Below are positions 16,264 to 25,699 of a DNA stretch of 37,296 bases, in pieces (position 1 is the stretch's first letter; every line of letters begins with the position of its first letter). Location of the stretch: positions 1-37,296 of the IMG/VR virus record IMGVR_UViG_2711768063_000005. The stretch is one strand, 5' to 3'. Both the position numbers and the translations under genes were made by a program. The stretch is from a virus (taxonomy: Duplodnaviria; Heunggongvirae; Uroviricota; Caudoviricetes). The notes under the pieces are model-generated. The model saw nothing but the letters and a program-made list of their open reading frames with translations. It ran no database searches and was not told the origin of the DNA.

Positions 16264-16290
16264 AAACCCGCCGTCGAGCGGGTTTTGTCG
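16264..16290 (+). terminator. Rho-independent terminator (tR'-like) upstream of the lysis cassette
   Basis: AAACCCGC-cgtcga-GCGGGTTTTGTCGTTT: GC stem followed by a T-run. Confidence 0.55.
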
Positions 16291-16437
16291 TTTCTGGGCT
16301 TTGGTATTCGTTGGGCTTGGTCTATCTAGCTCTTATCCATTGGCTCGGCTTCTTTTACGTTTCCGCTTCTGATTTGCGGTTCGTGGTACTCCCTCAATTT
16401 GCACCTCTTGTATCGGCGAGGTGAGAGATAACTACAA

Positions 16438-16764
16438 ATGCCTCATAACCCAAATACTTGGCTGGAGTTGGTCCAGAGCTGGTGGCGTGGAGACACACCG
16501 CTGGGCGCAGTGATTATGTCGATTGTTATGGCTGGTTTGCGCATTGCCTATTTTGGCGGTGGTGGTGGCTGGAAGCGAAAAACACTCGAAATTCTACTCT
16601 GTGGCGCTCTGACGCTGACTTTTGCATCCGCTCTTGAGTATGTCGGATGGCCTAAATCGCTTTCTGTTGCCATTGGTGGTGGGGTGGGGCTGATCGGTGT
16701 CGATGCTATTCGTGGGGCTGCAATGAGAGTAATCGGTAATAAGTTTGGTGGCTCTAAGGAGTAA
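16438..16764 (+). CDS. S: Holin (lambda S-like class I)
   Basis: GAGGTGA RBS; 108 aa with hydrophobic segments and charged C-terminus; directly upstream of the endolysin; pattern resembles lambda S. Confidence 0.8.
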   Translation: MPHNPNTWLELVQSWWRGDTPLGAVIMSIVMAGLRIAYFGGGGGWKRKTLEILLCGALTLTFASALEYVGWPKSLSVAIGGGVGLIGVDAIRGAAMRVIGNKFGGSKE

Positions 16765-16767
16765 TTT

Positions 16768-17244
16768 ATGCAGGTACTAAATTCCCAGCGTAAAGCTTTC
16801 CTCGATATGGTGGCATGGTCAGAAGGAACGGATAACGGGCGACAACCGACACGTAACCACGGTTATGATGTTATTGTTGGTGGTGAACTGTTCACTGATT
16901 ACTCCGATCACCCTCGCAAACTTGTCACGCTAAACCCAAAACTCAAATCAACAGCCGCCGGACGTTACCAGCTTCTTTCCCGTTGGTGGGATGCCTACCG
17001 TAAGCAGCTTGGCCTGAAAGACTTCTCTCCAAAAAGCCAGGACGCTGTGGCATTGCAGCAGATTAAGGAGCGTGGCGCTTTACCGATGATTGATCGCGGT
17101 GATATTCGTCAGGCTATCGACCGTTGCAGCAATATCTGGGCTTCACTGCCGGGCGCTGGTTATGGCCAGTTCGAGCATAAGGCTGACAGCCTGATTGCAA
17201 AATTCAAAGAGGCTGGCGGAACGGTCAGAGAGATTGAGGTATGA
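16768..17244 (+). CDS. R: Endolysin, lambda R-type lytic transglycosylase
   Basis: 158 aa; [58 protein letters not shown]... matches lambda R nearly residue for residue as I recall it. Confidence 0.95.
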   Translation: MQVLNSQRKAFLDMVAWSEGTDNGRQPTRNHGYDVIVGGELFTDYSDHPRKLVTLNPKLKSTAAGRYQLLSRWWDAYRKQLGLKDFSPKSQDAVALQQIKERGALPMIDRGDIRQAIDRCSNIWASLPGAGYGQFEHKADSLIAKFKEAGGTVREIEV

Positions 17245-17678
17245 GCAGAGTCACCGCGATTATCTCCGCTCTGATTATCTGCATCATCGTCTGCCTGTCA
17301 TGGGCTGTTAATCATTACCGTGATAACGCCATCGCCTACAAAGAGCAGCGCGATAAAGCCACATCCATCATCGCTGACATGCAGAAGCGTCAACGTGATG
17401 TAGCAGAACTCGACGCCAGATATACAAAGGAGCTTGCTGATGCTAACGCGACTATCGAAAGTCTCCGTGCTGATGTTTCTGCTGGGCGTAAGCGCCTGCA
17501 AGTCGCCGCCACCTGTGCAAAGTCAACGACCGGAGCCAGCAGCATGGGCGATGGAGAAAGCCCAGGACTTACAGCAGATGCTGAACTCAATTATTACCGT
17601 CTCCGAAGTGGAATCGACAGGATAACCGCGCAGGTTAACTACCTGCAGGAATACATCAGGACGCAATGCCTTCGATGA
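17241..17678 (+). CDS. Rz: i-spanin Rz
   Basis: N-terminal signal-anchor [30 protein letters not shown] matches lambda Rz; coiled-coil periplasmic domain. Confidence 0.85.
   Translation: MSRVTAIISALIICIIVCLSWAVNHYRDNAIAYKEQRDKATSIIADMQKRQRDVAELDARYTKELADANATIESLRADVSAGRKRLQVAATCAKSTTGASSMGDGESPGLTADAELNYYRLRSGIDRITAQVNYLQEYIRTQCLR
17434..17625 (+). CDS. Rz1: o-spanin Rz1 lipoprotein, embedded in the +1 frame of Rz
   Basis: Lipobox LLGVSAC followed by a proline-rich segment ([16 protein letters not shown]), entirely within Rz, as in lambda. Confidence 0.8.
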   Translation: MLMLTRLSKVSVLMFLLGVSACKSPPPVQSQRPEPAAWAMEKAQDLQQMLNSIITVSEVESTG

Positions 17679-17867
17679 TAGCGATAATTTTACTCATCAT
17701 CCTTCACATCTGGCTCTGTAGACAGGGTGATGCTTACTTCTGGAGCGAATCCAGATTAAACATCTCATTGCTGATGCTTGATATTGAGCATCTGGCGCGC
17801 GGTAAGGGCTGTGTTGAGATAAGTGCCAGTTCATTACAAAGCTATATCTAATGGAACCTGAAATAAT

Positions 17868-17885
17868 TTGTCATTGTCATGACAA
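17868..17885. promoter_or_regulatory. TTGTCAT direct repeat plus 12-bp perfect palindrome TTGTCATGACAA overlapping a -35-like hexamer upstream of the first moron gene
   Basis: TTGTCA-N16-TAATGA promoter-like arrangement; palindrome could be an operator. Confidence 0.3.
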
Positions 17886-17928
17886 GAAAATTCATTAATG
17901 ATGAGCTCTCATTATACGGGAGGTAGAT

Positions 17929-18177
17929 ATGGCATTTCGTTATTTTGAACTTACCGAAAATATTCCTTTTGAGGATGCAAGAGAGCTTCACGTACAGTTC
18001 AAACACCACTTAGAATATGTTGTAAAGGCGTTATTTATGCCAGGAACACATGAAAAGCATTTAATTGTTGAAGGCCGGGATGACGAATCGATAACACAGA
18101 TATTTGGTGGGCATGATGAAAAGTTTATGCATCTTTATCATATCGATGAATATGAAAAATGTGAAGACTTAATCTAA
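17929..18177 (+). CDS. Hypothetical small His-rich protein (82 aa), moron
   Basis: GGGAGG RBS at 6-nt spacing; AT-rich; no recognised family. Confidence 0.5.
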   Translation: MAFRYFELTENIPFEDARELHVQFKHHLEYVVKALFMPGTHEKHLIVEGRDDESITQIFGGHDEKFMHLYHIDEYEKCEDLI

Positions 18178-18292
18178 CCTCCTACGACTGTTTTTATTGC
18201 CATCATAAAAGCCATTCCTTGCAGAGTGGCTTTGATAATGGATATCCCAACAAGCGGATAAGACAATAAATATACCCACCAAGGGATAAACA

Positions 18293-18808
18293 ATGTCTAA
18301 AATCACGGTTACACCTGCATAGCAGATCCGCTTAAACCTGCTGGCGAAACTGAACTATGACACCGCCGCTGCAGCAGACGCGATTAAGTTTGTTGGTGAC
18401 GATCCGTTGAAGTATCAAATCTTTGTGAACCAGTTAAGCTGGGTAACATCTGAAAGCGGGCTGGTAGCCAGAACGACGAAAGCTATCAAAGAGTCGGAAG
18501 ACACACTACTGTGGTTTGAAGCTGAATCTGGTTCATACGTGAATGAATGTGGTAATTTAATTCTCCGCAAAAAAAAGGGGATAAAAATGCCAAAGAATGT
18601 CATAGCTATTTTACCGGGTGACGCGTTTGATCATGTTGTTGTCCAGGACGACCTGGAGATTGTTACCTTCAGGGGTGACAAGGGCGGCGTGCTTACTATG
18701 CCTATCGAGGAGTACGAACTAGACGGGATAAGTTATAACGTCGCACGTTGTGACGGTATGGTCACTGACGAAAAAGTTGAGAAGGCTATCAGACACTTCA
18801 CCAAGTAA
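18293..18808 (+). pseudogene. 172-codon reading frame interrupted by a single in-frame amber (TAG) at codon 10; candidate pseudogene or suppression/reinitiation-dependent gene
   Basis: ATG at 18293 with AAGGGA RBS; TAG at 18320-18322; frame continues uninterrupted to 18808 (the track ORF begins at TTG 18407 in the same frame); strong terminator follows. Confidence 0.4.
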
Positions 18809-18825
18809 TAATCAGCTTCCGAACC

Positions 18826-18850
18826 AAGCCTCGCAATAGCGAGGCTTTTT
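18826..18850 (+). terminator. Rho-independent terminator
   Basis: AAGCCTCGC-aata-GCGAGGCTTTTT. Confidence 0.65.
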
Positions 18851-18862
18851 AACGACAGAGGT

Positions 18863-19057
18863 ATGACAGTGGTTCTTACAGCTAAGCAGTTTGAAGACCT
18901 TGCATCCTTCGCGAAGGAAGATAGCCAGCCTCAATACACCATCGCAACCGGAATAATCCCAGAATTCGAAGATGATTGTGAGTTTATCCCCGTTTATGCC
19001 GGGCTCATCGCTTATTTAGAGTTACTGAATCACGGTGTATTGCAACTCGACCACTAG
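18863..19057 (+). CDS. Hypothetical small acidic protein (64 aa)
   Basis: ORF between two terminators; RBS spacing poor (GAGG immediately before the ATG), so uncertain. Confidence 0.35.
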   Translation: MTVVLTAKQFEDLASFAKEDSQPQYTIATGIIPEFEDDCEFIPVYAGLIAYLELLNHGVLQLDH

Positions 19058-19131
19058 CGACATTACGCCAAGTATTCATCAAGTGCCTAGTTTAATGTTA
19101 AATTATTCCCTCATTCCTAAAAGGGAATGTT

Positions 19132-19533
19132 ATGAAAATAGATCACGAGTATTTGAAAGGTCTTTTGGAAGCTTTCGAGGCGTCTGAAGAGCCGCATACT
19201 GATATAAAGCAGCTGCAGCTGGCTGGGTATGACTACAGCACCGATGAATTTTTATTCCATATGCGTTTATTGGCTGATCGTCAACTAATTGCTAGAACAG
19301 ACGGCAAGTATGGGTTTGGTTTCTCTGAGGCTGCTGAGGGAGGATCATGGTTCGTTATACCGTTACGATTAACTTCAAGCGGTCATGACTTCCTTGAAGC
19401 TCTCAGGAATAAAGAGGTTTGGAATTCTCTCAAGACCGGCTTTAAAGATGCAAGCATTGGAACATTAGTTGACGTTTCAAGGCGTTTGCTGGATGGTTAT
19501 ATTCAGAAAAAAATTGACGACTTAATTGGCTAA
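19132..19533 (+). CDS. Hypothetical protein (133 aa), moron; possibly DUF2513-like
   Basis: AAGGGAA RBS; small hairpin overlapping the RBS (TTCCCT...AGGGAA); own terminator downstream. Confidence 0.55.
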   Translation: MKIDHEYLKGLLEAFEASEEPHTDIKQLQLAGYDYSTDEFLFHMRLLADRQLIARTDGKYGFGFSEAAEGGSWFVIPLRLTSSGHDFLEALRNKEVWNSLKTGFKDASIGTLVDVSRRLLDGYIQKKIDDLIG

Positions 19534-19550
19534 TATTTTATATAACCATC

Positions 19551-19576
19551 AGCCCCGCAATCGCGGGGCTTTTTTA
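19551..19576 (+). terminator. Rho-independent terminator
   Basis: AGCCCCGC-aatc-GCGGGGCTTTTTT. Confidence 0.7.
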
Positions 19577-19667
19577 TTGCCATTATGATGGCAGATACAT
19601 TGCTATGGCGTAACAGGATTTCAACTATGAACCCAACAGAAGCAGCTACATCACCGAAGGACGGATA

Positions 19668-20018
19668 ATGCCACCACGCACACCAAAAGCCTGCCGTGTT
19701 CGCGGGTGCCGCCATACCACCACTGACCCGTCAGGTTATTGCGAAAGCCACAAAAGCGAAGGCTGGAAGCAATACAAGCCAGGACAATCCCGTCATCAGC
19801 GCGGCTACGGTTCGAAGTGGGATGTTATCCGCGCGCGTGTGCTGAAGCGTGACAAAGGTTTATGTCAGTTATGTCTGCGTGCCGGTGTGGTGCGTGAGGC
19901 GAAAACCGTTGACCACATCATCCCTAAAGCGCATGGCGGCACTGATGCCGACAGCAATCTGCAGAGCCTGTGCTGGCCGTGTCATAAGGCGAAGACGGCC
20001 CGTGAACGGTTGAAGTAA
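19668..20018 (+). CDS. HNH endonuclease (terminase-associated)
   Basis: AAGGA RBS; Cys-rich N-terminus (CRVRGCRH...CESH) and HNH core DHIIPKAHGGTDADSNLQSLCWPCH; located immediately upstream of terminase genes. Confidence 0.85.
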   Translation: MPPRTPKACRVRGCRHTTTDPSGYCESHKSEGWKQYKPGQSRHQRGYGSKWDVIRARVLKRDKGLCQLCLRAGVVREAKTVDHIIPKAHGGTDADSNLQSLCWPCHKAKTARERLK

Positions 20019-20143
20019 GAACCAGTTCCCACTGCCAGAGGGGAGGGGCGGGTCAAATCCCTGCGGCCTGACGTCTTCCGGACTGCCCGCCCCATCGTTT
20101 TTTTATACCCGCGAAAAATGAAATTTAACCAGGAGTGCCGCAT
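20019..20143. other. Candidate cos / packaging-initiation region
   Basis: GC-rich inverted repeat GGGGCGGG...CCCGCCCC followed by a T-run, between the HNH gene and the small terminase gene; assigned by position. Confidence 0.3.
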
Positions 20144-20638
20144 ATGGCTGGAACGGCGGGGCGTTCCGGGCGTCGCCCCAAGCCAACGGCGCGCAAGGCG
20201 CTGGCCGGAAACCCCGGCAAGCGAGCCCTGAATAAAGATGAACCTGTTTTTACGCCCATCAAAGGTGTTGAGCCACCGGAGTGGTTCGCTGAAGAAGATC
20301 TCCCTCTCGCTACGATCATGTGGCAACTGACAACTAAAGAACTCTGCGGTCAGGGCCTGCTGTGCGTGACTGACCTCGCGGTGCTTGAGCGGTGGTGCGT
20401 GGCCTACGAGTTCTGGCGACGTGCCGTGAAAAATATTGCCAGACAGGGCAACACCATCACCGGTGCAATGGGCGGTATGGTCAAAAATCCGGAGCTGACC
20501 GCCAAAAAAGAACAGGAGTCCGAGATGAGCAGTACGGGGGCAATGCTCGGACTCGACCCCAGCAGCCGCCAGCGTCTGATTGGCCTGGCGGGGCAGAAGA
20601 AAGCCACTAACCCGTTTCTGAAAATCATCGAATCATGA
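20144..20638 (+). CDS. Terminase small subunit (P27 family)
   Basis: AGGAG 8 nt upstream of the ATG; N-terminus [30 protein letters not shown] is typical of P27-family small terminases. Confidence 0.8.
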   Translation: MAGTAGRSGRRPKPTARKALAGNPGKRALNKDEPVFTPIKGVEPPEWFAEEDLPLATIMWQLTTKELCGQGLLCVTDLAVLERWCVAYEFWRRAVKNIARQGNTITGAMGGMVKNPELTAKKEQESEMSSTGAMLGLDPSSRQRLIGLAGQKKATNPFLKIIES

Positions 20639-22368
20639 GCCGGAAATCTTACCCCAATGTAAATGCAGCCAATCAGTATGCCCGTGATGTCGTGCGCGGA
20701 AAGATTGTGGCCTGCCAGTTTGTGATTCAGGCCTGCCAGCGCCATCTTGATGACCTGATGGCGGAAAAAAGTAAGTCGTTTCGTTACCGCTTCGACAAGG
20801 ACCTGGCTGAACGGGCCGCGAAATTTATTCAGCTGTTGCCGCACACCAAGGGTGAGTGGGCATTCAAACGGATGCCCATCACGCTGGAGCCGTGGCAGCT
20901 CTTTGTGATCTGCTGTGCGTTTGGCTGGGTCAATAAAGGCTCCCGGCTGCGCCGCTTCAGGGAGGTGTATACCGAAATCCCCCGTAAGAACGGCAAATCG
21001 GCAATCTCTGCCGGTGTTGCCCTGTATTGTTTTGCCTGTGATAACGAGTTTGGCGCGGAAGTGTATTCCGGTGCCACGACAGAGAAACAGGCGTGGGAAG
21101 TCTTTCGCCCGGCGCGACTGATGTGTAAACGCACACCCATGCTGACGGAAGCGTTCGGGATTGAGGTTAACGCCTCAAACATGAACCGTCCGGAGGATGG
21201 CGCGCGGTTTGAACCGCTGATCGGCAACCCCGGTGATGGTTCATCACCCCACTGTGCCGTGGTTGATGAATATCACGAGCATGCCACCGATGCGCTTTAT
21301 ACCACAATGCTTACCGGGATGGGGGCGCGACGTCAGCCACTGATGTGGGCCATCACTACCGCCGGGTACAACATTGAGGGGCCGTGCTACGACAAGCGGC
21401 GGGAAGTCATCGAGATGCTCAACGGCTCGGTGCCTAACGATGAACTGTTCGGGATCATCTATACCGTTGATGAAGGAGACGACTGGACCGACCCGCAGGT
21501 GCTGGAAAAAGCCAATCCAAATATTGGCGTGTCGGTTTATCGCGAATTTTTGTTAAGTCAGCAGCAGCGTGCGAAAAATAACGCCCGTCTGGCAAACGTC
21601 TTTAAAACAAAACACCTCAATATCTGGGTGTCGGCGCGTTCGGCGTATTTCAACCTGGTGAGCTGGCAGAGCTGCGAGGATAAATCACTGACCCTTGAGC
21701 AGTTCGAGGGGCAGCCGTGCATTCTGGCCTTTGACCTGGCGCGTAAGCTGGATATGAACAGCATGGCGCGACTTTATACCCGCGAGATTGACGGTAAAAC
21801 GCATTACTACAGTGTAGCCCCGCGTTTCTGGGTACCGTATGACACGGTGTACAGCGTCGAGAAAAATGAAGATCGCCGGACAGCCGAACGCTTTCAGAAA
21901 TGGGTGGAAATGGGCGTCCTGACCGTTACCGATGGTGCAGAGGTGGATTATCGCTACATCCTCGAAGAGGCCAAAGCGGCGAACAAAATCAGCCCGGTCA
22001 GCGAGTCACCCATCGACCCCTTCGGGGCGACCGGGCTGTCACATGACCTTGCTGATGAAGACCTGAATCCCATCACCATCATTCAGAACTACACCAACAT
22101 GTCCGACCCGATGAAAGAGCTGGAAGCGGCAATTGAATCGGGGCGCTTTCATCATGATGGCAATCCCATCATGACCTGGTGTATCGGCAACGTGGTCGGC
22201 AAAACCATTCCGGGTAACGATGATGTGGTGAAGCCCGTCAAAGAGCAGGCGGAAAACAAAATCGATGGTGCAGTTGCGCTGATTATGGCGGTTGGCAGAG
22301 CCATGCTGTATGAGAAAGAAGACACGCTGTCCGACCACATTGAGTCCTACGGGATCCGCTCGCTTTAA
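20635..22368 (+). CDS. Terminase large subunit
   Basis: 577 aa; Walker A-like IPRKNGKS and Walker B-like AVVDEYHE; ATG overlaps the small-subunit stop. Confidence 0.9.
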   Translation: MSRKSYPNVNAANQYARDVVRGKIVACQFVIQACQRHLDDLMAEKSKSFRYRFDKDLAERAAKFIQLLPHTKGEWAFKRMPITLEPWQLFVICCAFGWVNKGSRLRRFREVYTEIPRKNGKSAISAGVALYCFACDNEFGAEVYSGATTEKQAWEVFRPARLMCKRTPMLTEAFGIEVNASNMNRPEDGARFEPLIGNPGDGSSPHCAVVDEYHEHATDALYTTMLTGMGARRQPLMWAITTAGYNIEGPCYDKRREVIEMLNGSVPNDELFGIIYTVDEGDDWTDPQVLEKANPNIGVSVYREFLLSQQQRAKNNARLANVFKTKHLNIWVSARSAYFNLVSWQSCEDKSLTLEQFEGQPCILAFDLARKLDMNSMARLYTREIDGKTHYYSVAPRFWVPYDTVYSVEKNEDRRTAERFQKWVEMGVLTVTDGAEVDYRYILEEAKAANKISPVSESPIDPFGATGLSHDLADEDLNPITIIQNYTNMSDPMKELEAAIESGRFHHDGNPIMTWCIGNVVGKTIPGNDDVVKPVKEQAENKIDGAVALIMAVGRAMLYEKEDTLSDHIESYGIRSL

Positions 22369-22379
22369 CTGAGGTAATT

Positions 22380-22562
22380 ATGATCATGCTGATTCTCGCG
22401 CCTCTGGTGGGCGTGCTGGGGGTGCTTTTGCTGGCGTATGGTGCCTGGCTGATTTATCCCCCGGCGGGGTTTGTTGTTGCCGGGGCGTTGTGCCTGTTCT
22501 GGTCGTGGCTGGTGGCGCGATATCTCGACCGTACACAGTCGTCTGTCGGCGGAGGTAAATAG
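22380..22562 (+). CDS. Hypothetical small membrane protein (60 aa)
   Basis: GAGGT RBS; two hydrophobic segments; between terminase and portal. Confidence 0.35.
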   Translation: MIMLILAPLVGVLGVLLLAYGAWLIYPPAGFVVAGALCLFWSWLVARYLDRTQSSVGGGK

Positions 22563-23803
22563 TGTTCTTTTCGGGATTATTTCAACGAAAAAGTGACGCG
22601 CCGGTGACCACGCCAGCAGAGCTGGCGGATGCTATCGGGTTGTCCTACGACACCTATACCGGAAAGCAGATCAGCAGCCAGCGGGCCATGCGACTGACGG
22701 CGGTTTTTTCCTGTGTCAGGGTGCTGGCGGAGTCGGTCGGGATGTTGCCCTGCAACCTGTATCACCTGAACGGCAGCCTGAAGCAGAGAGCCACTGGCGA
22801 ACGTCTGCATAAGCTGATCTCCACGCATCCCAATGGCTATATGACGCCGCAGGAGTTCTGGGAGCTGGTGGTCACCTGTCTGTGCCTGCGGGGAAACTTT
22901 TACGCCTACAAAGTGAAAGCATTTGGCGAAGTGGCTGAACTGCTGCCCGTCGATCCCGGCTGTGTGGTACCGAAGCTTAACAGTAGCTGGGAGCCGGTCT
23001 ATCAGGTCACATTCCCGGATGGCTCCACGGATGTACTGAGCCAGGAAGATATCTGGCATGTGCGCACGCTGACGCTGGACGGACTGGTGGGGCTGAATCC
23101 CATCGCCTATGCCCGCGAGGCAATATCGCTGGCGGCAGCGACCGAAGAGCACGGGGCCAGACTGTTCAGCAATGGCGCGGTGACGTCGGGTGTGTTGCGT
23201 ACAGAGCAGACGCTGTCAGATCAGGCTTATGAGCGCCTGAAGAAAGATTTTGAGGAGCGTCACACCGGGCTTGGCAATGCTCACCGCCCGATGATCCTTG
23301 AGATGGGGCTGGACTGGAAGTCGATGGCGCTGAACGCCGAGGACAGCCAGTTCCTGGAAACCCGCAAGTTTCAGCTTGAAGAAATCTGTCGTCTGTTCCG
23401 GGTGCCATTGCACATGGTGCAGAACACCGATCGCGCCACCTTCAACAATATCGAAGAGCTGGGGCTGGGATTTATCAACTATTCACTGGTGCCGTATCTG
23501 ACCCGCATTGAGCAGCGGATCAACACCGGACTGGTACGAAAAAGTAAGCAGGGCGTTTATTACGCCAAATTTAACGCCGGGGCCTTACTGCGCGGGGATA
23601 TGAAGTCCCGTTTTGAAGCCTACGCTACCGGGATCAATTGGGGAATTTACTCTCCCAATGACTGCCGCGACCTGGAAGATATGAATCCGCGTCCCGGTGG
23701 TGATGTCTATCTCACACCGATGAACATGACCACGAAACCCTCCGATGGCAGTAAAGCCGGTAAGCAGAAGGATAACGCCAATGCAGACGAAACAACGTCT
23801 TGA
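22562..23803 (+). CDS. Portal protein (HK97 family)
   Basis: 413 aa; GTG start 5 nt after GGAGGT; size and position after terminase, before prohead protease. Confidence 0.85.
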   Translation: MFFSGLFQRKSDAPVTTPAELADAIGLSYDTYTGKQISSQRAMRLTAVFSCVRVLAESVGMLPCNLYHLNGSLKQRATGERLHKLISTHPNGYMTPQEFWELVVTCLCLRGNFYAYKVKAFGEVAELLPVDPGCVVPKLNSSWEPVYQVTFPDGSTDVLSQEDIWHVRTLTLDGLVGLNPIAYAREAISLAAATEEHGARLFSNGAVTSGVLRTEQTLSDQAYERLKKDFEERHTGLGNAHRPMILEMGLDWKSMALNAEDSQFLETRKFQLEEICRLFRVPLHMVQNTDRATFNNIEELGLGFINYSLVPYLTRIEQRINTGLVRKSKQGVYYAKFNAGALLRGDMKSRFEAYATGINWGIYSPNDCRDLEDMNPRPGGDVYLTPMNMTTKPSDGSKAGKQKDNANADETTS

Positions 23804-24431
23804 TGTACCGCTGAGTCTGAAATCTGTCAGTGACTCCGGTGAGTTTGAAGGGTATGGCTCCGTCTTTGGTGTAAAGGACAGCCACGATGATGTGGTGATG
23901 TCAGGGGCATTTGCCGCTTCCCTGCGGGCGTGGAGTGACAGAAAAGCGTTACCTGCGCTGCTCTGGCAGCACCGCATGGATGAACCCATCGGTGTTTACA
24001 CCGAAATGAAGGAAGACGATGTCGGGCTTTACGTCAGGGGACGGTTGCTTATTGATGATGATCCCCTCGCAAAACGCGCACATGCACACATGAAGGCCGG
24101 TTCGTTAACCGGCCTTTCTATTGGGTACGTCCTGAAAGACTGGGAATACGACCGGACGAAAGAAGCCTTTCTGCTGAAAGAAATCGACCTCTGGGAAGTC
24201 AGTCTGGTGACGTTCCCGTCTAACGACGAGGCGCGGATCAGCGACGTCAAGAACGCGCTGGCCCGCGGGGAAATCCCCGAACAGAAAAAAATCGAAAGAG
24301 TCCTGCGTGATGTCGGACTCTCCCGTACCCAGGCCAAAGCATTCATGGCCGGGGGCTATGGCGCACTGTCCCTGCGCGACGCTGAGGATGTGAGCTCTGC
24401 ACTGAATGCACTGAAAAATCTGAACTTCTAA
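23781..24431 (+). CDS. Prohead maturation protease (HK97 family)
   Basis: Start at the internal ATG with AGGA RBS; N-terminal EGYGSVFGVKDSHDDVVMSGAF resembles HK97-type prohead proteases. Confidence 0.8.
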   Translation: MQTKQRLDVPLSLKSVSDSGEFEGYGSVFGVKDSHDDVVMSGAFAASLRAWSDRKALPALLWQHRMDEPIGVYTEMKEDDVGLYVRGRLLIDDDPLAKRAHAHMKAGSLTGLSIGYVLKDWEYDRTKEAFLLKEIDLWEVSLVTFPSNDEARISDVKNALARGEIPEQKKIERVLRDVGLSRTQAKAFMAGGYGALSLRDAEDVSSALNALKNLNF

Positions 24432-24445
24432 TCAGGAGAAATACG

Positions 24446-25651
24446 ATGGCGGTAGATATTAAAGATGTCGAACAGGTCGCGCAGGAGCTGCAGCAGAAGT
24501 TTGACGACTTCAAAGCAAAGAACGACAAGCGCGTGGATGCGATTGAGCAGGAAAAAGGCAAGCTTGCCGGGCAGGTGGAAACCCTGAACGGGAAACTCAG
24601 CGAGCTGGAAAACCTCAAAAGCGATCTTGAAAAAGAGCTGCTTGAGCTGAAACGTCCGGCAGGTGGTGCGCAAAATAAACTGGCCACCGAGCATAAAGAA
24701 GCGTTTGTGGGCTTCCTGCGTAAAGGCCGTGAAGATGGTCTGCGCGATCTGGAGCGCAAGGCATTACAGGTGGGCACCGATGAAGACGGCGGCTATGCCG
24801 TGCCGGAAGCACTGGATCGCAACATTCTCACCCTGCTGAAAGATGAAGTGGTGATGCGCCAGGAAGCCACGGTGATCACCGTTGGTGGTTCCGACTACAA
24901 AAAACTGGTGAATCTGGGCGGCACGGCTTCCGGATGGGTTGGCGAGACTGACGCGCGCTCCCAGACTGCCACCTCAAAACTGGGCCTGATTGAACCTTTC
25001 ATGGGGGAAATCTACGGTAACCCGCAGGCCACCCAGAAAATGCTGGATGATGCCTTTTTCAACGTGGAAGCATGGATCAACAGCGAGCTGGCAACCGAAT
25101 TTGCCGAACAGGAAGAAATTGCCTTTACCACCGGCGATGGTACCAAGAAGCCGAAAGGGTTCCTGGCGTATGAATCCACGGATGAAACCGATAAGGTCCG
25201 GGCGTTCGGCAAACTTCAGCATATTGTATCCGGCGACGCGACGGCGGCGACCGCAGACGCCATTATCAAACTGATTTACACGCTGCGTAAGGCACACCGC
25301 ACCGGCGCGAAGTTCATGATGAACAACAATAGCCTGTTTGCCATCCGTCTGCTGAAAGACAGCGAGGGTAACTATCTGTGGCGTCCGGGGCTGGAGCTGG
25401 GGCAGCCGTCCTCTCTGGCGGGTTACGGTATCGCTGAAAACGAACAGATGCCGGATATCGCCGCTGATGCGAAAGCCATTGCATTTGGTAACTTCAAACG
25501 GGGTTACACCATCGTTGACCGTATCGGCACCCGCATTCTGCGTGACCCGTACACCAATAAACCGTTTGTCGGTTTTTATACCACCAAACGCACCGGCGGC
25601 ATGCTGGTCGATTCGCAGGCCATCAAACTGCTGAAGATTGCAGTGGCGTAA
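24446..25651 (+). CDS. Major capsid protein (HK97 fold) with N-terminal coiled-coil scaffolding (delta) domain
   Basis: 401 aa; N-terminal ~100 residues are coiled-coil (QELQQKFDDFKAKNDKRVDAIEQEKGKLAGQVETLNGKLSELENLK); directly follows the protease. Confidence 0.85.
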   Translation: MAVDIKDVEQVAQELQQKFDDFKAKNDKRVDAIEQEKGKLAGQVETLNGKLSELENLKSDLEKELLELKRPAGGAQNKLATEHKEAFVGFLRKGREDGLRDLERKALQVGTDEDGGYAVPEALDRNILTLLKDEVVMRQEATVITVGGSDYKKLVNLGGTASGWVGETDARSQTATSKLGLIEPFMGEIYGNPQATQKMLDDAFFNVEAWINSELATEFAEQEEIAFTTGDGTKKPKGFLAYESTDETDKVRAFGKLQHIVSGDATAATADAIIKLIYTLRKAHRTGAKFMMNNNSLFAIRLLKDSEGNYLWRPGLELGQPSSLAGYGIAENEQMPDIAADAKAIAFGNFKRGYTIVDRIGTRILRDPYTNKPFVGFYTTKRTGGMLVDSQAIKLLKIAVA

Positions 25652-25658
25652 TCACTCA

Positions 25659-25678
25659 GGGGCGCGGAACCGCGCCCC
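25659..25678 (+). terminator. Stable hairpin downstream of the capsid gene (attenuator or RNA-stability element)
   Basis: GGGGCGCGG-aa-CCGCGCCCC, 9-bp perfect stem; weak T-tract. Confidence 0.35.
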
Positions 25679-25699
25679 TGTTCTGACGGGTGAAGGATC

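Noticed and set aside
17666-17851. 61-aa ORF overlapping the 3' end of Rz
   Set aside because: No RBS, starts inside Rz, hydrophobic low-complexity translation; the region more likely holds the promoter of the following moron gene.
22577-23413. Antisense ORFs inside the portal gene (22577-23152, 23166-23408, 23216-23413, minus strand)
   Set aside because: Embedded antisense in a well-supported structural gene, Arg/Gln/Gly-rich composition, no start context.
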